Shown here piece after piece: positions 26,621-40,371 of a DNA stretch of 64,000 nucleotides (position 1 is the stretch's first letter; the number at the start of each line of letters is the position of its first letter). The DNA is from Octopus vulgaris. Taxonomy: Eukaryota. Where the stretch lies: NCBI GenBank assembly GCA_951406725.2, contig OX597815.1:143406001-143470000 (forward strand). Reading direction: 5' to 3'. The position numbers were made by a program, and so were the translations under genes. The notes under the pieces were generated by a model that did no database searches, was not told where the DNA came from, and worked only from the letters and a program-made list of their open reading frames with translations.

Positions 26621-27361
26621 TCTATAATATTTAGGTGCGTATTCTTGCATGTATATAGGTATATTTATGAGTGTGAATGTATATATTTATATATGTGTGT
26701 ACACATACACGTATATAAGTAGAATTATAATATTACCATTAATCATTAAAAAATAAACATTTACTGCTTAAACAAGTTTTATAAGTATCACTTGACAAAC
26801 TCATTTTTTTCTTACAATATCAGTTATTTAGTAGATATATACTGAAGCTATTAATGTGATAAATTAATAGCTAAGTATCAAGAATTGAAATTAATTATAT
26901 ATACTAACAATATAATCAGGTAAAAAAAAAATGATTAAAAATAAACAACATAGAAAGACAAAGCATATGGAAAGTACTATATATTGGAAATGCGTAGAAT
27001 AAAACAAATCCTAATGTAGACTAATTTATATTGTATAACCAACTGGTCAAGCCATGTGATTGACTGTTTAGATTGTCAATCCCATAATGTTTCCATATTT
27101 GGTAAGCTAAAAACTTGAAGCTTACTAGTTATGAGCATTAGAAAATATATATTCTTCAGACAACAGTTAACGAGTGCTTCGTTTTCTATTTCATGAGTAT
27201 TTTGTTTTTATTTATTGTTATTAAATTTTACATAATATAGTGTAATGCTCAGTAGTTAAACTATATTGCCCCTGAAGAGAATTGAGAAGTAACACTCATT
27301 AAAGCATAGTTCAAATACCAAGACAAAACAGTGTACATGATTACACTTCCAGTCAGTTAAG

Positions 27362-27405
<44 letters not shown>

Positions 27406-27429
27406 CATCATCATCATTATTATAGAATT

Positions 27430-28265
27430 GAAATCCTACCAAGTCCCTTCTTTCTTTCAACTCACCACAGCTGATAAAATGGTATACCATTTAGGTACTG
27501 GTGTTGATGGTATCAACTCCACACCTTCCCTTCAACTTTACTGACCTTGTGCCTAAATCAGAAATAATTTGAGGGTGATTATCTAAGAGAAATGTAAGAG
27601 CATTGGACCAAATGCCATGCAGTATTTCTTCCAGCTGTTGACATTCTGAGGTCAAATCAAGTCAAGGTCAATTTTGCCTTTCATACTTTCAGGGTTGATT
27701 AAATAAAGTGCCAGTCACTTACTGGTAATCAACTTGAGCCAAAACATGAAACAATGATTGTTATTATCATTGTTATTATCATTGTTATTATTATTATTAT
27801 GGACAAGTTGGTAGAACTGTTCGCACACTGGACAAAATGCTTGGTAGTATTTCATCTGGTTCTTTATGTTCTGAGGTCAAGTCTTGCCAAGACCAAGTTT
27901 GGTTCTTCCGCCATTTTTTTTTTTTTTTTGAGGGGGGGGGGGTCAATAAAAAATATAGAACCAGTAAAGTGCTGGGGTTGATGCATCCAACTTACTACCT
28001 CCTCAGGATTGCTGGCCTTGTGCTAAAATTAGCATTAGCATTATCAGTAACATTACATATGAGCAGAATTGTTAGAGTATCAGACGAAATGCCTTGAGGC
28101 ATTTAGTTAAAGCTCTTTACATTCTGAGTTCAAATCCCACTGGGGGTCAAATTTGCCTTTCATCCATCTGAGGTTGATAAAATAAAGAGCCAGTCAAGTA
28201 ATGGGTCGATTTAATCGATTTAACCCCTCTCCCTAAATTTCTGACCTTACGCCTGTGTTCGAGAA
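27430..28265 (+). mobile_element. Cluster of about four degenerate SINE family A copies
   Basis: Repeated TTCTGAG.TCAAAT...TTTGCCTTTCAT...GTTGATAAAATAAAG blocks separated by (ATT)n. Confidence 0.75.
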
Positions 28266-30289
28266 GATTATTATTACTATAGCTATAATCATTATAACCA
28301 TCGTGCATTTTTGCTGCCTGTGTAACAAATGCATAGATAAAGGAAAGATTACTGCAATCATCATCATCATCACTATCATCATTGTTATCACCATTATCAT
28401 CAACCCCTGTGACCACCACCAATACTACCAATCTCATAATCATCACATACTTTACCACCACTACTACTACTACTACTGTTAATTTCAGAAGCCAGAAATA
28501 ATTAGATGAGACTGTGTTAACCTCAGATAAAAGATGTAAAGGTTTTGATGAGAAAAATAAATTTAGAATGAAATAGAACACACATTAAAAAATTTGTTGT
28601 CCTTGTTTTTGTGTTTTGTTTTGAGTTGTTGTTGTTGTTTTCTGTCTTGATATTGATTGAATAATGCTGCAATAAGTGTGGTGCTGGGTTCAATTTCACT
28701 TGGCTTCTCCATTAAATATAATTTTTTTTAATAAAGGTGTATGTGTGTGTGTTTATGAGTGTATGTGTATGTACACATGTCAGTGTATGTGTATGTAGTG
28801 TGGAAATGTATGTTTTTTTAGTGAGACTAACTATAAGAATGTAATAATATGTGTGTGCGTGTTGAATCAGTGTACATTTATGTTATGTGTGTGTCTGTAT
28901 TGATCTGAGTATGCATGTGCATATATCATATATCATTTCATATATATAACTATGTGAGAGAAAGTTAACTGTGTGTGTGTGAGGTGGGGAGGCATGGTTC
29001 CATGTTAGTGATAACATTAGATATCTTGTCTGAGCTGTAGCACTGCTTTATGATATTTCCAGAGTTAGATATCTTGCCTGTGGGTGGCACAGAGGCATAT
29101 TGGTGACAAAGTTTAGATATCTTGTCTAAGTGTACCATATTAATGAGAAGATCAGAAACTGTATCTAAATTGATTAACACTTTATCACTTAAACATTCTT
29201 TACATGATAAGACAATGTTATTTGCCCCTTAAATACTTCTGGTTGGATTTTGTTCTCAACTGAGAGTTTTATGTGTTTAAGCACATTTTGCTGCTTGATC
29301 CAAATGAGATTATCAAGTATAGAGTGCTGCCTTTTTGATTGAACCTCAGTGGGGGTGGTATATATGTGGGCCAATGTAGGAATGACAGACTTTGCCAGTT
29401 GGTTCAAACCCTACAAAGGTCAACTTCATCATTCTGAGGTTGATGAAATATAGTATCAATCAGGTACTGGGGTCAATTTTATTGACTAGTCTCTCATCTT
29501 CCCTAACAATTTGAATTTTGGGCAAGTGATTGGCTCTGACGAACATTGCTGTTGTCTCTTGAGAAAGTCATACTGCCTTAATATCTAACACACTCATCAG
29601 TTCAATTTCCATTCATTTATTATTTATTTATTTATTTATTTTGCTATTTTTTTAGAAATTTTCAACTACCAGCTGGCTTAAACAGTTTATTTCTTAAATA
29701 ATAAATTTGTCATACCCTGAAAAATAGTCATACAATTAAAAAAAGCATTAGTTTATTGATCAGGCAGAAAATTCCATTAACAAATGCCACTTTTCTCACT
29801 TATGTGTGTTCTATACATATGATACTGAAATTATGAAAATACATTTTCATGTATGAATAGATGAAATATATATTATTCACATGACAACTGAATAAATGAA
29901 TGTATGATACAACCAATGAAATTTTGATGTGTTGTTCATAAATCATATTTTGATATTTGTAAGTATGTTAGCTTATATATATAAGCTTCCTTATATACAC
30001 ACTGCTTCCCTACTTCGGTCATTTGTATACTTGGCAATATGAAACTCAAAGTTATATTTCAAAAAGATTCAGCTTCCAATAAAACAAACACAGTCTAACA
30101 TATGCATCCGATCCCCATTTTTGATTACATATGCACATCAACTCATATATTGTTCCTTTATTTCTCATGCTCTGTCCACAAACAGAATTACAATAGCTGA
30201 AGGTTAAACTACTGTTTTCGAAAATTTTGTCAAAGAACATGGAGATATCATCTCAAAATCTATAATAAGAATTTACTTGAAAAGACTGA

Positions 30290-32900
30290 AGAGGTATCAA
30301 GAGAACAAGATGGAAAAATACTTCTTCAATAAAGGGAATACAGATACCTCCCCACAAAAAAAAAAAACAACAAAATTCAGGTGTCTGAAACATCACCAAC
30401 ACATTAATGCACTAAAACCATTTGAGTTAAACCTTCCTAACATGAAAATATACTTTAAAAAACAATCAACCAATAAATTTCAAAATATGATATACAAATT
30501 TTTGACCAAAATTTAAATTTTCCAAACACATCAGATAAAACTAAAATTATGCAAGAAACCGACAGCTAAACATGCCATAGGTACCTTCCAAACAATATCA
30601 CCAACACCTGTAAGAAAACCACCTCTAGTATTTACCATGTTAATAATTTAGAAGCAAAAAAAAATATATACGTATAGCTACCAGCCTAAATAAAGGGCTG
30701 ATGGAGTAAAAATCCTTAGAGATATGTGAATCATACATTACTTTTAAAGATCCTATATATAATTTTTAGTCAAGCCCAAATAAAGATTACTATATCAGGG
30801 GAAAGTAAGAAAGGTACAAACAGTAAAAATATTTCATATTCTGTAATTTTTGACATTTAATAGTTTTCTTCACTACTGTTATGAAAGAATAGTTCATATT
30901 TCATATTAAGATAGTTAGTTAGTTGTCTCCATGCCATGAAACACATTAGGTTGCAACACAATCTCTTCAACCAGCTCTGTTTTCTGCCATTGTTCTGATC
31001 TCATTCAAGTTTCTCCACCCTTCTTGTCCCCTTTCCTTGTCTGTAGTCTTTCACCATGTGGTTTTAAAGTGTTTTGCTGTCCTTTTCCCCCCAGGCTTCC
31101 ACTTTAGTACCATGGTACAGATAATAAGCACACTTGTAAACTTATATAGTTCAACATAGTAAAAGTTCTATCCACCTATAACTAAATTTGGAAAGCCTTA
31201 GAATTTATCAATTGTTTCTATATTATGATAGTTCTTTGAGGGTAAAATATAGTGGTCAAGAATAGTTTGATGTAGCCATGGGACTGTATGATGAAGCCGA
31301 GGTTTGTGAATTAACAGAATTGGACTGTATGATGGCTATAAGGTTTGCAAAAATTACTTGGATTTTATGCATGAGATTTACTTGAGTAAAGATTCCATTC
31401 AATAGACTTCAGAAGAGATGTATGACTCATTTTGAAAATACAAATAGTCTCACAAAGATTCAGTTAAGAAAATACTCATCAATATATTCAAAGATCATGA
31501 TAGATATGAATCTATGCATGATTAGTTTCTTAAACATAGCTCTAGATTTAGGTTCTGGTAATTACTGCCTCTACACTAAACCTAACAAGAAGTTGTTAAG
31601 TGTTTATATACCAACTATTACCCCAAATCCTTAAAAACTTAGTTAATAATATTAATAAGTGCATGTCCTGATTCATCTTTTGTGAAGAATCCTTCAATGA
31701 TGGTTTTCATTATTTACAACTTCAAAGATAGAATACATTGCAAAAGAACAAGACTAAATATGATAAGTACAGAAATAGAAGATAAAATATCATATGGTAT
31801 AATCCCCTCTATGGTTTAAATATTCATTCTAATGTTGACAGAATTTTCTGGAATCTTATAAATAAGGATAATCATATGCCAGTATAAAGAGGAGAGACTT
31901 TTCCAGTACAAATATGTAACATTCTTCGCCTGTATGCAACTTCAATGAACTTAATATCTATTTCCTCAACAGCATTGCATCAGTTTATTAAGCTATCTCT
32001 TGTACATTACAGTGAAATAATAATTTTAAAAAAACTACATAAAAGTCTACTGAAACTTCCTTTCATAAACAACAATTCTCACCACATATATATACCTTCA
32101 GACACTCAGAAAGATATCTCATCACTTCACTATCCAAATATATTTAGATTTTAAAGGTTGATAACATTAACAATTATAAAATTGATTGGTCCATGGTAGA
32201 ATACATATTTTAGAGAATTTAATCACATTCTCTTGGACAAGTACAATATTCTATTGATAAATAATGTTTTTTCTTTTGTTTTTTTTTCTATTTGCTTGTT
32301 TTTTTAAAGTTACTCAGGGAAATGTAATGTTCTGTTGCAAATTTTTGCAACTTTGAACAAGAGATCAGAATTGGTGAATACTGGCAGACAGTTCCAGCAT
32401 TATATATACAATTTGCAACTACAGACTGGCTAAAATGGTTTATTATCTACATAAAAATTCTTCTATACACTGAAAGACATATACGTTACACACACACAAT
32501 GTATGATGTACGTGTATAATATTATTCTGCTACTGTCTGTGTTTGTAACTCTAACTATGGGATTAAATTGAAAATATAATCTATTATACACACAGTATTT
32601 ATATTATTCATTAGACTGATAAACTACGAAATGAAACTGAAAGCATAACTATTACTGCTGAAAATTTATTATTGATAACAAAGAATATAGTTTTCTTCCT
32701 AAGACCATATATTCACTACTGCAGGTGGACATTAAACAATCTCACGAATTAAACAATTCAGGAAAAAGATACTATTTCATAAGAAATTGTTTTATGGTTC
32801 TCCCTAAACTTGCAACAATCTTAAAAATAACAGTGGAATTTCCATGGGCACCACCAGTATATATAATGTGTATGTGTATGGCATTTATAACGTGCTTGTG
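30290..32900 (+). pseudogene. Decayed Penelope-like retroelement (RT and GIY-YIG linker region)
   Basis: LKPFE, NNITNT.KK, FDVAMGLYDEAEVCEL (~31267), SFLNIALDLGSGNYCLYTKPN (ORF 31422-31634) and IIWYNPLY (~31788) correspond to PLE motifs FDVTMGS.DGAEVCEL, FLDVTL.L...Y.KPN, IIW.NPP. Confidence 0.85.
30912..31120 (-). mobile_element. RTE-like LINE 3' end inserted in the Penelope remnant
   Basis: Minus translation LKWKPGGK...K..KTTW..T and (CTAA)n tail. Confidence 0.6.
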
Positions 32901-33011
32901 CATATCATACTAGTAGTATTCATAACATGTATGCATGCATGAGTTTTTGTGTGTGCACATACATACATTAGACACACTCACACATAGATAGATAGATAAA
33001 ATATATTTGTA

Positions 33012-33420
33012 CTCTTTTACTCTTTTACTTGTTTCAGACTGTGGCCATGCTGGAGCACTGCCTTTAGTCGAGCAAATCGACCCCGGGACTTATTCTTTGT
33101 AAGCCCAGTACTTAATCTATCGGTCTCTTTTGCCAAACCGCTAAGTGACGGGGACGTAAACACACCAGCATCTGTTGTCAAGCAATGCTAGGGGGACAAA
33201 CACAGACACACAAACATACACACACATACATATATATATATATATACATATATATGACAAGCTTCTTTCAGCTTCCGTCTACCAAATCCACTCACAAGGC
33301 ATTGGTCGACCCGAGGCTATAGAAGAAAGACACTTGCCCAAGATGCCACGCAGTGGGACTGAACCCGGAACCATGTGGTTGGTAAGCAAGCTACTTACCA
33401 CACAGCCACTCCTGCACCTA
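33012..33420 (-). mobile_element. SINE family B, full length, low divergence
   Basis: tRNA-like head GGTGCAGGAGTGGCTGTGTGGTAAG...GGTTCCGGGTTCAGTCCC, CORE-like GGCATCTTGGGCAAGTG, internal (TA)/(TG) tract, (AAAAGAGT)n tail; retains CpGs. Confidence 0.92.
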
Positions 33421-33994
33421 TTTGTGTATATATATATATGTGTGTGTATGTATATATGTGTGTATATATGTGTATAGTGTATTATATGTATATGCCATTG
33501 GGAAGTTAATTTGCATAAGTCAGTAACATTAAAAAATAGCGATAATTATACTGAATGGTGGGTGATGGTGGTGGTGGTGATGGTTCAGGAGAGTGGGATG
33601 TTTTGTGTGGATGGTTATATAGTTGTTATTGATGTGTTGTACTTATTGTAATGTTCTGGTATTCATACACAGGCAGGTGTATGTTGCACAATTGTGCATG
33701 TGCATAAGATGGCATGTGTTAGTAATAATAGCGCAAATAATGGCAACGACCATGATGATAATGTTGACAATGATGATGATGATGAAGATCATAATGATCA
33801 TGATGGTGGAAATGGTTAAGATGGTAGAGCTGTTGGTAATGACAGTGATGATGGGTGGTGGTAGATGGGGTAGGGGCAGTGGTGGTAGAAGGGGTAGTAG
33901 AGGCAGTAGTGATAATAATGTTCATGATAATGGTGATGGTGGTGATGATGATGACATGACGATGATAATAGCATGGAATAACAACTAAAACAGC

Positions 33995-34041
<47 letters not shown>

Positions 34042-34104
34042 CCAACAACAAAAATGATTATAATAATAGCCAGTAATGATGACAATAAATACAACAACAA
34101 CAAC

Positions 34105-34148
<44 letters not shown>

Positions 34149-35145
34149 CAACAATAATGCAGCAATAATAGTTTTTCTAAGAAATTTTCTTGAACACATT
34201 GATCAAATATGTTCACATTTTATATTTTATATTTTGTTTTTCCCATGAATTCTCTGAAATTATTAAGATTTTGTGCTACTTTATATAAAAACACATTCAT
34301 ATATGTGCATATAAATTTATTATACCCATTATACATACTAAAACTCGCACACATGCACACACACACACACATTCAGAGGTATATACACATGAATATACAT
34401 GTATACTCACAATTTGTCATTTCTAGAATTGAATAAGTGAAATAAAGTGGGGTGGGGGGAAATGATATATAAATGGTGGTAGTGTGTGTGTGTGTGTGCA
34501 TATGCATGTGTGTGCAAGTGTGTGAGCACACGCTCATGCACAAGTCCACTCCTTTAACCATCATCATCACCTCAACTGTCGATATGTCAACTGTAAGGAG
34601 AGATGCTTTGATCATTGTTGATATATACGTACATATAAATAGGCTAACAAGATGGATGTTGCTGTGAAGCCCTGTTCCCTGATAAAGTTGAAAGGTTTTG
34701 TGCAGCAAGTCAATGTTGAAAATCAACAGTTGATATTCTATAGTATTGGAGAGAGAAGTTAGCAGAAAGCAGAGTTTCCTTGCTGGTTGCTCTGTTGGTG
34801 TGTATCAAACAGAACAACAATGCTGCTTTTATAATAGTGGCCATTATTAGCATTATACATATTTGTGCAAGACTACATGGCAGTAAATATTTGTGAGTGT
34901 GTGTGTGTGTGTAATAAACACACATGTATATATGTAGATATGCATGTATGTACACAGCTTCTCTATTTGCAGGGAGTGTTGAGAAGAATATGTGCCAGGA
35001 GGTGAACCAAAACATCATATGAAGGTACACCAAAACAATATTGAACCACCTACTGCAAGAGCCCTCCATCATTGTCACATTTGTACAAAAGAGTGTAAGT
35101 TCTGAGTAGACACTGAAAAGTCACATCTATGCTGTTCATCTTTAA

Positions 35146-35173
35146 CCCTTTAGCATTCAAATTATTCTGTCAG

Positions 35174-35212
<39 letters not shown>

Positions 35213-35651
35213 GTTTAACATCCATTTTCCGTGCTAGCACTGGCTGGACGGTTTGACCTGGGTCTGGGAAGCCAGGCGGCTGCACCAGGCTCCAGTCAGA
35301 TCTGGCAGTGTTTCTACAGCTGGATGCCCTTCCTAACGCCAACCACTCCGTGAGTGTAGTGGGTGCTTTTTACATGCCACCGGCACAGTTGCCAGGGGAG
35401 GCTGGCAGCGGCCACGATCAGTTGGTGCTTCTTACGTGCCACCGGCACAGAAGCCAGTCAGATGTACTTATTTATTCAGATTGTTTTGAATTGATCATGC
35501 AGTGCCTTGTTGCTATGAGATTTTGATAATGTGATTGCATATTTTTAGAATAACATTGTAGGGTAAGTGGGAGAAGCCAGATCTAGCTGATTTGAATATA
35601 AAAGAGGTTGTATATTTTGGCTGGATATAGCTGGTTTTAAATTCTAAAGGG
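35146..35651 (+). mobile_element. piggyBac-like MITE interrupted by an RTE 3' fragment
   Basis: TTAA CCCTTTAGCATTC start and ATTCTAAAGGG end; body matches 55879-56098. Confidence 0.8.
35176..35456 (-). mobile_element. RTE 3' UTR insertion with 7-bp TSD
   Basis: (GAT)n tail; GTCAGAT duplicated at 35169-35175 and 35457-35463. Confidence 0.88.
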
Positions 35652-35912
35652 TAAAGAGAACAATGACACTATGATGGCATCATTTAAAATCTAGTGGCCA
35701 CCATCATGTACATATGTATATATGCATGAATGCATTTATAGGAGCAGTATACCTGAATGTTTAAGGTGTTTACTTCATGGCCAAGACCCAGTTATATACA
35801 TCAGTGTACAATAGTTCTTGGTACACAATTAATTCAGAGTACAGTGGCTGTAGGTACTTTATTAACACAGAATACAATATAACCGTAGACAGAATATTAA
35901 TTAGACTATTAA

Positions 35913-36130
35913 TTAAGGCAGCAAACTGGCAGAAATGTTAGCATGCCAGGCAAAATGATTAGCAGTATTTCGTCTGTCTTTATGTTTTGAGTACAAATTC
36001 CGCCGAGGTCGACTTTGCCTTTCATCCTTTCTGGGTCGATAAATTAAGTACTACTTGTGTACAGGGGTCGCTCTAATGGAATGGCTTCTGCACCCAAAAT
36101 TTTGGGCTATGTGCCTAGAGTAGAAAGGAA
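35913..36130 (+). mobile_element. SINE family A
   Basis: CCGCCGAGGTCGACTTTGCCTTTCATCCTTTCTGGGTCGATAAATTAAGTAC core. Confidence 0.9.
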
Positions 36131-36778
36131 TATTAATTAGACTGCTATCACTGTCAGTACTGTAGAGTACAATTAAGGTACAGTAGCTGCAGTTACAATG
36201 TTAATTCATGATACAATAGCTGTAGTTATCCTATTAATTTAGAGTACAATAGCTCTAGGTAATCTATACCTTCAGGGTATAATAGCAATAAGTACTCAAT
36301 TTATGGTATGATAACTGTAAGCAGCTGTTAATCACTGAAATCTCTAAGTAGTCATGATTTAACAAGGTGGTTAAATTTGCTTGTCAGATTTACCTACTCT
36401 TCAGGTGAACTATATAAATTTTCATATATATGCGTAAGTATATATGTTCAGTTTTATTTCAAAATTTCTTGCCAATAGAGAAAAAGCTGGTTTCATTGGA
36501 ATTTCAACATCAACAACAGGGTATTTTTGTTTGTTTGTTTGAGTGTGTGTGTATAGATTTGTATGTTTTGATTTATGTATTCTAATGCATATACATGCAT
36601 ATCTAGACATGCTCATTCATATATATATGATAAATTTCTGGAAAGTTTTACAGATTTTTATAGTTCCAGTGATGGATTGGATCTGTAGTCTTCGAATCAG
36701 CTTTCTCCTTTCTAGTTTTGAGAAGCCTAATTTCTCAAGATTGTTAATTAAGCAGTGTGTTACAAATCCCAATAATTA

Positions 36779-36837
<59 letters not shown>

Positions 36838-37077
36838 ATGTATGTCATTATTCAGTTTATTTCAAGATTTCTTGCCAACAGAAAAAGAACCAGTTTCTAA
36901 CCTAGATCCAAGGTTCCTTCGTATGTATGTATGTATGTAAGTATGTATGCATGTATGTATCTATGTACATATGTGTGTATGTATAAATGTATGTAGATAG
37001 CTGTGTGTGTGTGTGCATGTCTATGCATGTGAAGAGTGGTGGTGCCTAACTTCATGCCCTCACTTTTTAACATTTTA

Positions 37078-37113
<36 letters not shown>

Positions 37114-38519
37114 AACAAGCTATTCAATATTCTCACCAATCATTTCAATTTTGATGCATATAGTTTAAAATAAGTGCACTTAGGTTCACATATGTCTACT
37201 TATGCTGCAAAATATAGACAGAATCCATGGGTTAACAGAACTGTAAGTAGCCAACAGATGTGGAGAAAGTTTCATAATTAAACAATTCCTGACAAAAGTA
37301 AACAGAGAATGAAAACATAGAAACAAAATATAAAAAAAAAAGAAAGAAAAATACAGGGAAAAAAAAGAAAGAAAAGGTAAAAGTGAAAAAGCCCCAAACA
37401 TGACATTTGAAATGTGAAGGTTTAAGTGAGAGGAATGAGTAAACATGCTATGGAGGTGTGTAGTTATTGAGGAGGATGTGTATCTGGGGAGTTGAGGCTG
37501 GTGGGTGCCTTGTCCTTCGCATGACATTGAGGAAGCAAATGGAAGTCGTTAGATTCTAGAGTGCAAACTATGTTTAAAGCAGGCAAATCTTGAAGATACT
37601 TAAGAGTGAGGACGACAAAAGGTTCACTAATGAAGAGACGTGTTACAATATGTCACAGCAAATAGCACTGATGAGCAATATTTTATCAATGTTGCAAGTC
37701 ATGTGATAAAGTAAAAATTTTCATACTGTGCAAATCACATCCAGAAACCTTTAACTGAGTGAAAGGAGGAGGAGGCGGAGGAGGAGGAGGAGGCGGAGGA
37801 GGAGGAAAATGATTCCTTGGGGAGGTTTTTTGTTTGTTTTTTTTTGTTTGTTATTTTTGATTGTTTTTTTTTTCTTTTGGTTTCTTTTCTTGTCTCTTTG
37901 AAATAAAATGTAAACAATGATTCAGTTAGGATTCCATTGGCTGGCTTACGTAAAGTTTTAATACCTTTTACTATAAACACAAATACTTTTATTCATTTAC
38001 TATAAAGTACAAATAATTGGTAACTGAAAAATCTCTTTCAGTCAATATTTTCCAGGAATTTTGTTTTAATGTTTGATTTTGTTATTTCATTTTTATCTAA
38101 GTATTTTCATTGCCAGTACCATTTTATAGCTAGTCTTTCTTGTCAACAAGTCTAGAATTGATTTTGATAATTTGCAAAACATACATAATGCCTGAAGCAA
38201 GAATTCTTACTGATGAACTCTTTCAATGTTAACTCTCTTAAGTCTACTTCTTGTCTCATGTTATCAACCCACTATTGAGGACAATTATGTCACAAACTAT
38301 GTTCCCAACCCATGCAAAAGCTCAGTTAAAGTGTTTATATTTAAATTAAAATCTCATTTGAAACCTCGTTATCATAGCTGATAATAATGATTTCTGTAAA
38401 TTAAGAATATCAGTCACAGAAAATCCAGTCACTACCAGGAATTGATGCCAGTTTTTTGTGATGTAACAGATATTTACAATAATAATAATAATAATGATAA
38501 AGCTGACCTGATGACAGGT

Positions 38520-38810
38520 TAGCTTGGGAAGATAAGCAGTTGTGGTCGATGAAAAAGGTAGCAATAGTACCAATAATTGTTGAAGCCCTGGGAACTGAGC
38601 AAAAATCTCAAGAAGTACATGGAACAAATAGGGGCTGCAGTAAGGGTGGAGCACTTGCAGAAAACAGCACTGCTTGGAACCGCTCGAATACTCCGGAAGG
38701 TGCTCGAAAAATAAGAGGTGTTACCTTAGTTCACTGGTAGTGAACAACTGACACTGTAGTATACATCACCAACCAGCATTAGAAGCTGTGCGAAGGCAAT
38801 AATAATAATA
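38520..38810 (+). pseudogene. 3' end of restriction-like-endonuclease LINE (R4/NeSL/CRE group)
   Basis: VPIIVEALGT and LQKTALLGTARILRKVL C-terminal motifs, then short UTR and (AAT)n tail. Confidence 0.85.
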
Positions 38811-38811
38811 A

Positions 38812-39028
38812 TTCTTTCTACTAGAAGCACAAGACTTCAAATTTGAGGAAAGGGATTAAGTCAATTACATCGACCCCAGTGCGTAACTGGTACTTATTTA
38901 ATCGACCCCGAAAGGATGAAAGACAAAGTCAACCCCAGTGGAATTTGAACTCATAACATAGTGATGGGTGAAATACAGCTAAGCAATTCATCCAGCATAC
39001 TAACGATTCTGCTAGCTCATCACCTTAA
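38812..39028 (-). mobile_element. SINE family A
   Basis: Collinear with 197-380 and 63063-63278. Confidence 0.88.
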
Positions 39029-39030
39029 TA

Positions 39031-39097
<67 letters not shown>

Positions 39098-39098
<1 letters not shown>

Positions 39099-39630
39099 TG
39101 CCCTGATGCAATGCCTGTCGCTGGCTCTCATGGCTTCTGATCTTGGCTGATTGGAAGTGTTAGCATGTATATGTTTTGTCTTGCTGTAAAAGATGAACTA
39201 CAGCAAATATTTTGCTCAATACCACAGATTTGCTTGTCAGTTACTTGACCTTTAGTGGCTAAGGATGTGTGCATCACTAATTATGAACAGGAGCAGTGGG
39301 GGAAGCATCATAACTATGTGTTAAGAGGAATTCTTTAGGATTTGAATAATTCACCCCTGGAAACATAGTTGTTTTGTTCATCATCCTTAAACAAACCTTA
39401 TTCAGGGATCTTTTGAGCAAGATGAGCCACTTGACCCCCAAAAAAATTCTAATTGAGCCCCATCTGCAAGGTCATGTGCTGTTCTCTCCATAGGAAGTCA
39501 CCATGTCACATATGATTGTGATGCATGCACTTGGTATACCCTTATCAGATGGGTGGTCATGATTGGTATATTGGGCTTCATATATCTGTACCCCAGCATC
39601 ACTTTGATTGTATGTGCTACTCTCTCAATA
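39098..39630. repeat. Unclassified interspersed repeat bounded by (AAT)n
   Basis: Complex sequence between AAT tracts, adjacent to SINEs; no second copy in window, so status is inferred. Confidence 0.4.
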
Positions 39631-40352
39631 ATAATAATAGTAGTAGTAATAATAGTAACAATTTCTGATTTAGGCACAAGAGCCAACAGTTTTGGAAGGG
39701 GAGGATTAGTTGATAACATCAACCCCAGTACATGACTGGTACTTTATCTTATCAAAGGATAAAATGTAAAGGTAATTTGAGGAATATTTGAACTCAGAAC
39801 ATAAAGAAGCATTTTATCTGACATTCAAATAGTTCTGCAACAATAATGCTAATAATGACAATGATGATGATGATGTCACTGAAGTGAATCAGCTAACACT
39901 GGGAATAGATGCCAATCTTTGGTGATGTAACATAGACTGGCAAAAAGCATCAGTGAAGTGAAACTGCTACCATGAAGAACTGATACCAGGTCATGAATAT
40001 AGCTAAGTGTCAGCTTCCATTTGCTCCACACTGTTTATAATGTTTTCCAAATGAAACGGAATTATGATTCTTTCATAAAATATTGTATTTTTAACCCAAG
40101 AGAATCAAATATCAAATCTCTTGAAAACAGTGCATACACTACACCTCCCACCACTCCCACTCCCTTTGTGTTACATGCTTCTTTTTTTTTTCCTCTTCTT
40201 CTTCTTCCTTTGTTAGATCCATTTCTGCTTTGAAGATAAATATAAAAATATAGAAATTGCTTGTCTTTCTTCATAATGTTATGTTTGCATGTCCTACTAC
40301 TGTAACTGCAATATCACCATGAAGCTAACCCTGGTCTTATAAAGATCCTTAC

Positions 40353-40371
40353 AAGGTCACAGTCAATGGAC
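40353..40371 (-). CDS. Candidate 19-nt microexon
   Basis: TAGTTGTTGCAG|GTCCATTGACTGTGACCTT|GTAAGG in a non-repetitive island; open after the 28-nt candidate (V-SIDCDL). Confidence 0.25.

Noticed and set aside
29521-29580. CTGACGA...GAAA hammerhead-like words (similar weak cases at ~27271 and ~32616)
   Set aside because: No supporting stems I/II, or multiple core changes.
33340-33420. tRNA gene-like A/B boxes
   Set aside because: This is the head of a tRNA-derived SINE, continuing directly into SINE body without a cloverleaf end or poly-T terminator.
37662-37710. CTGATGA followed by a GCAATA/TGTTGC stem (hammerhead-like)
   Set aside because: GAAA core is missing and stem I cannot be formed convincingly.
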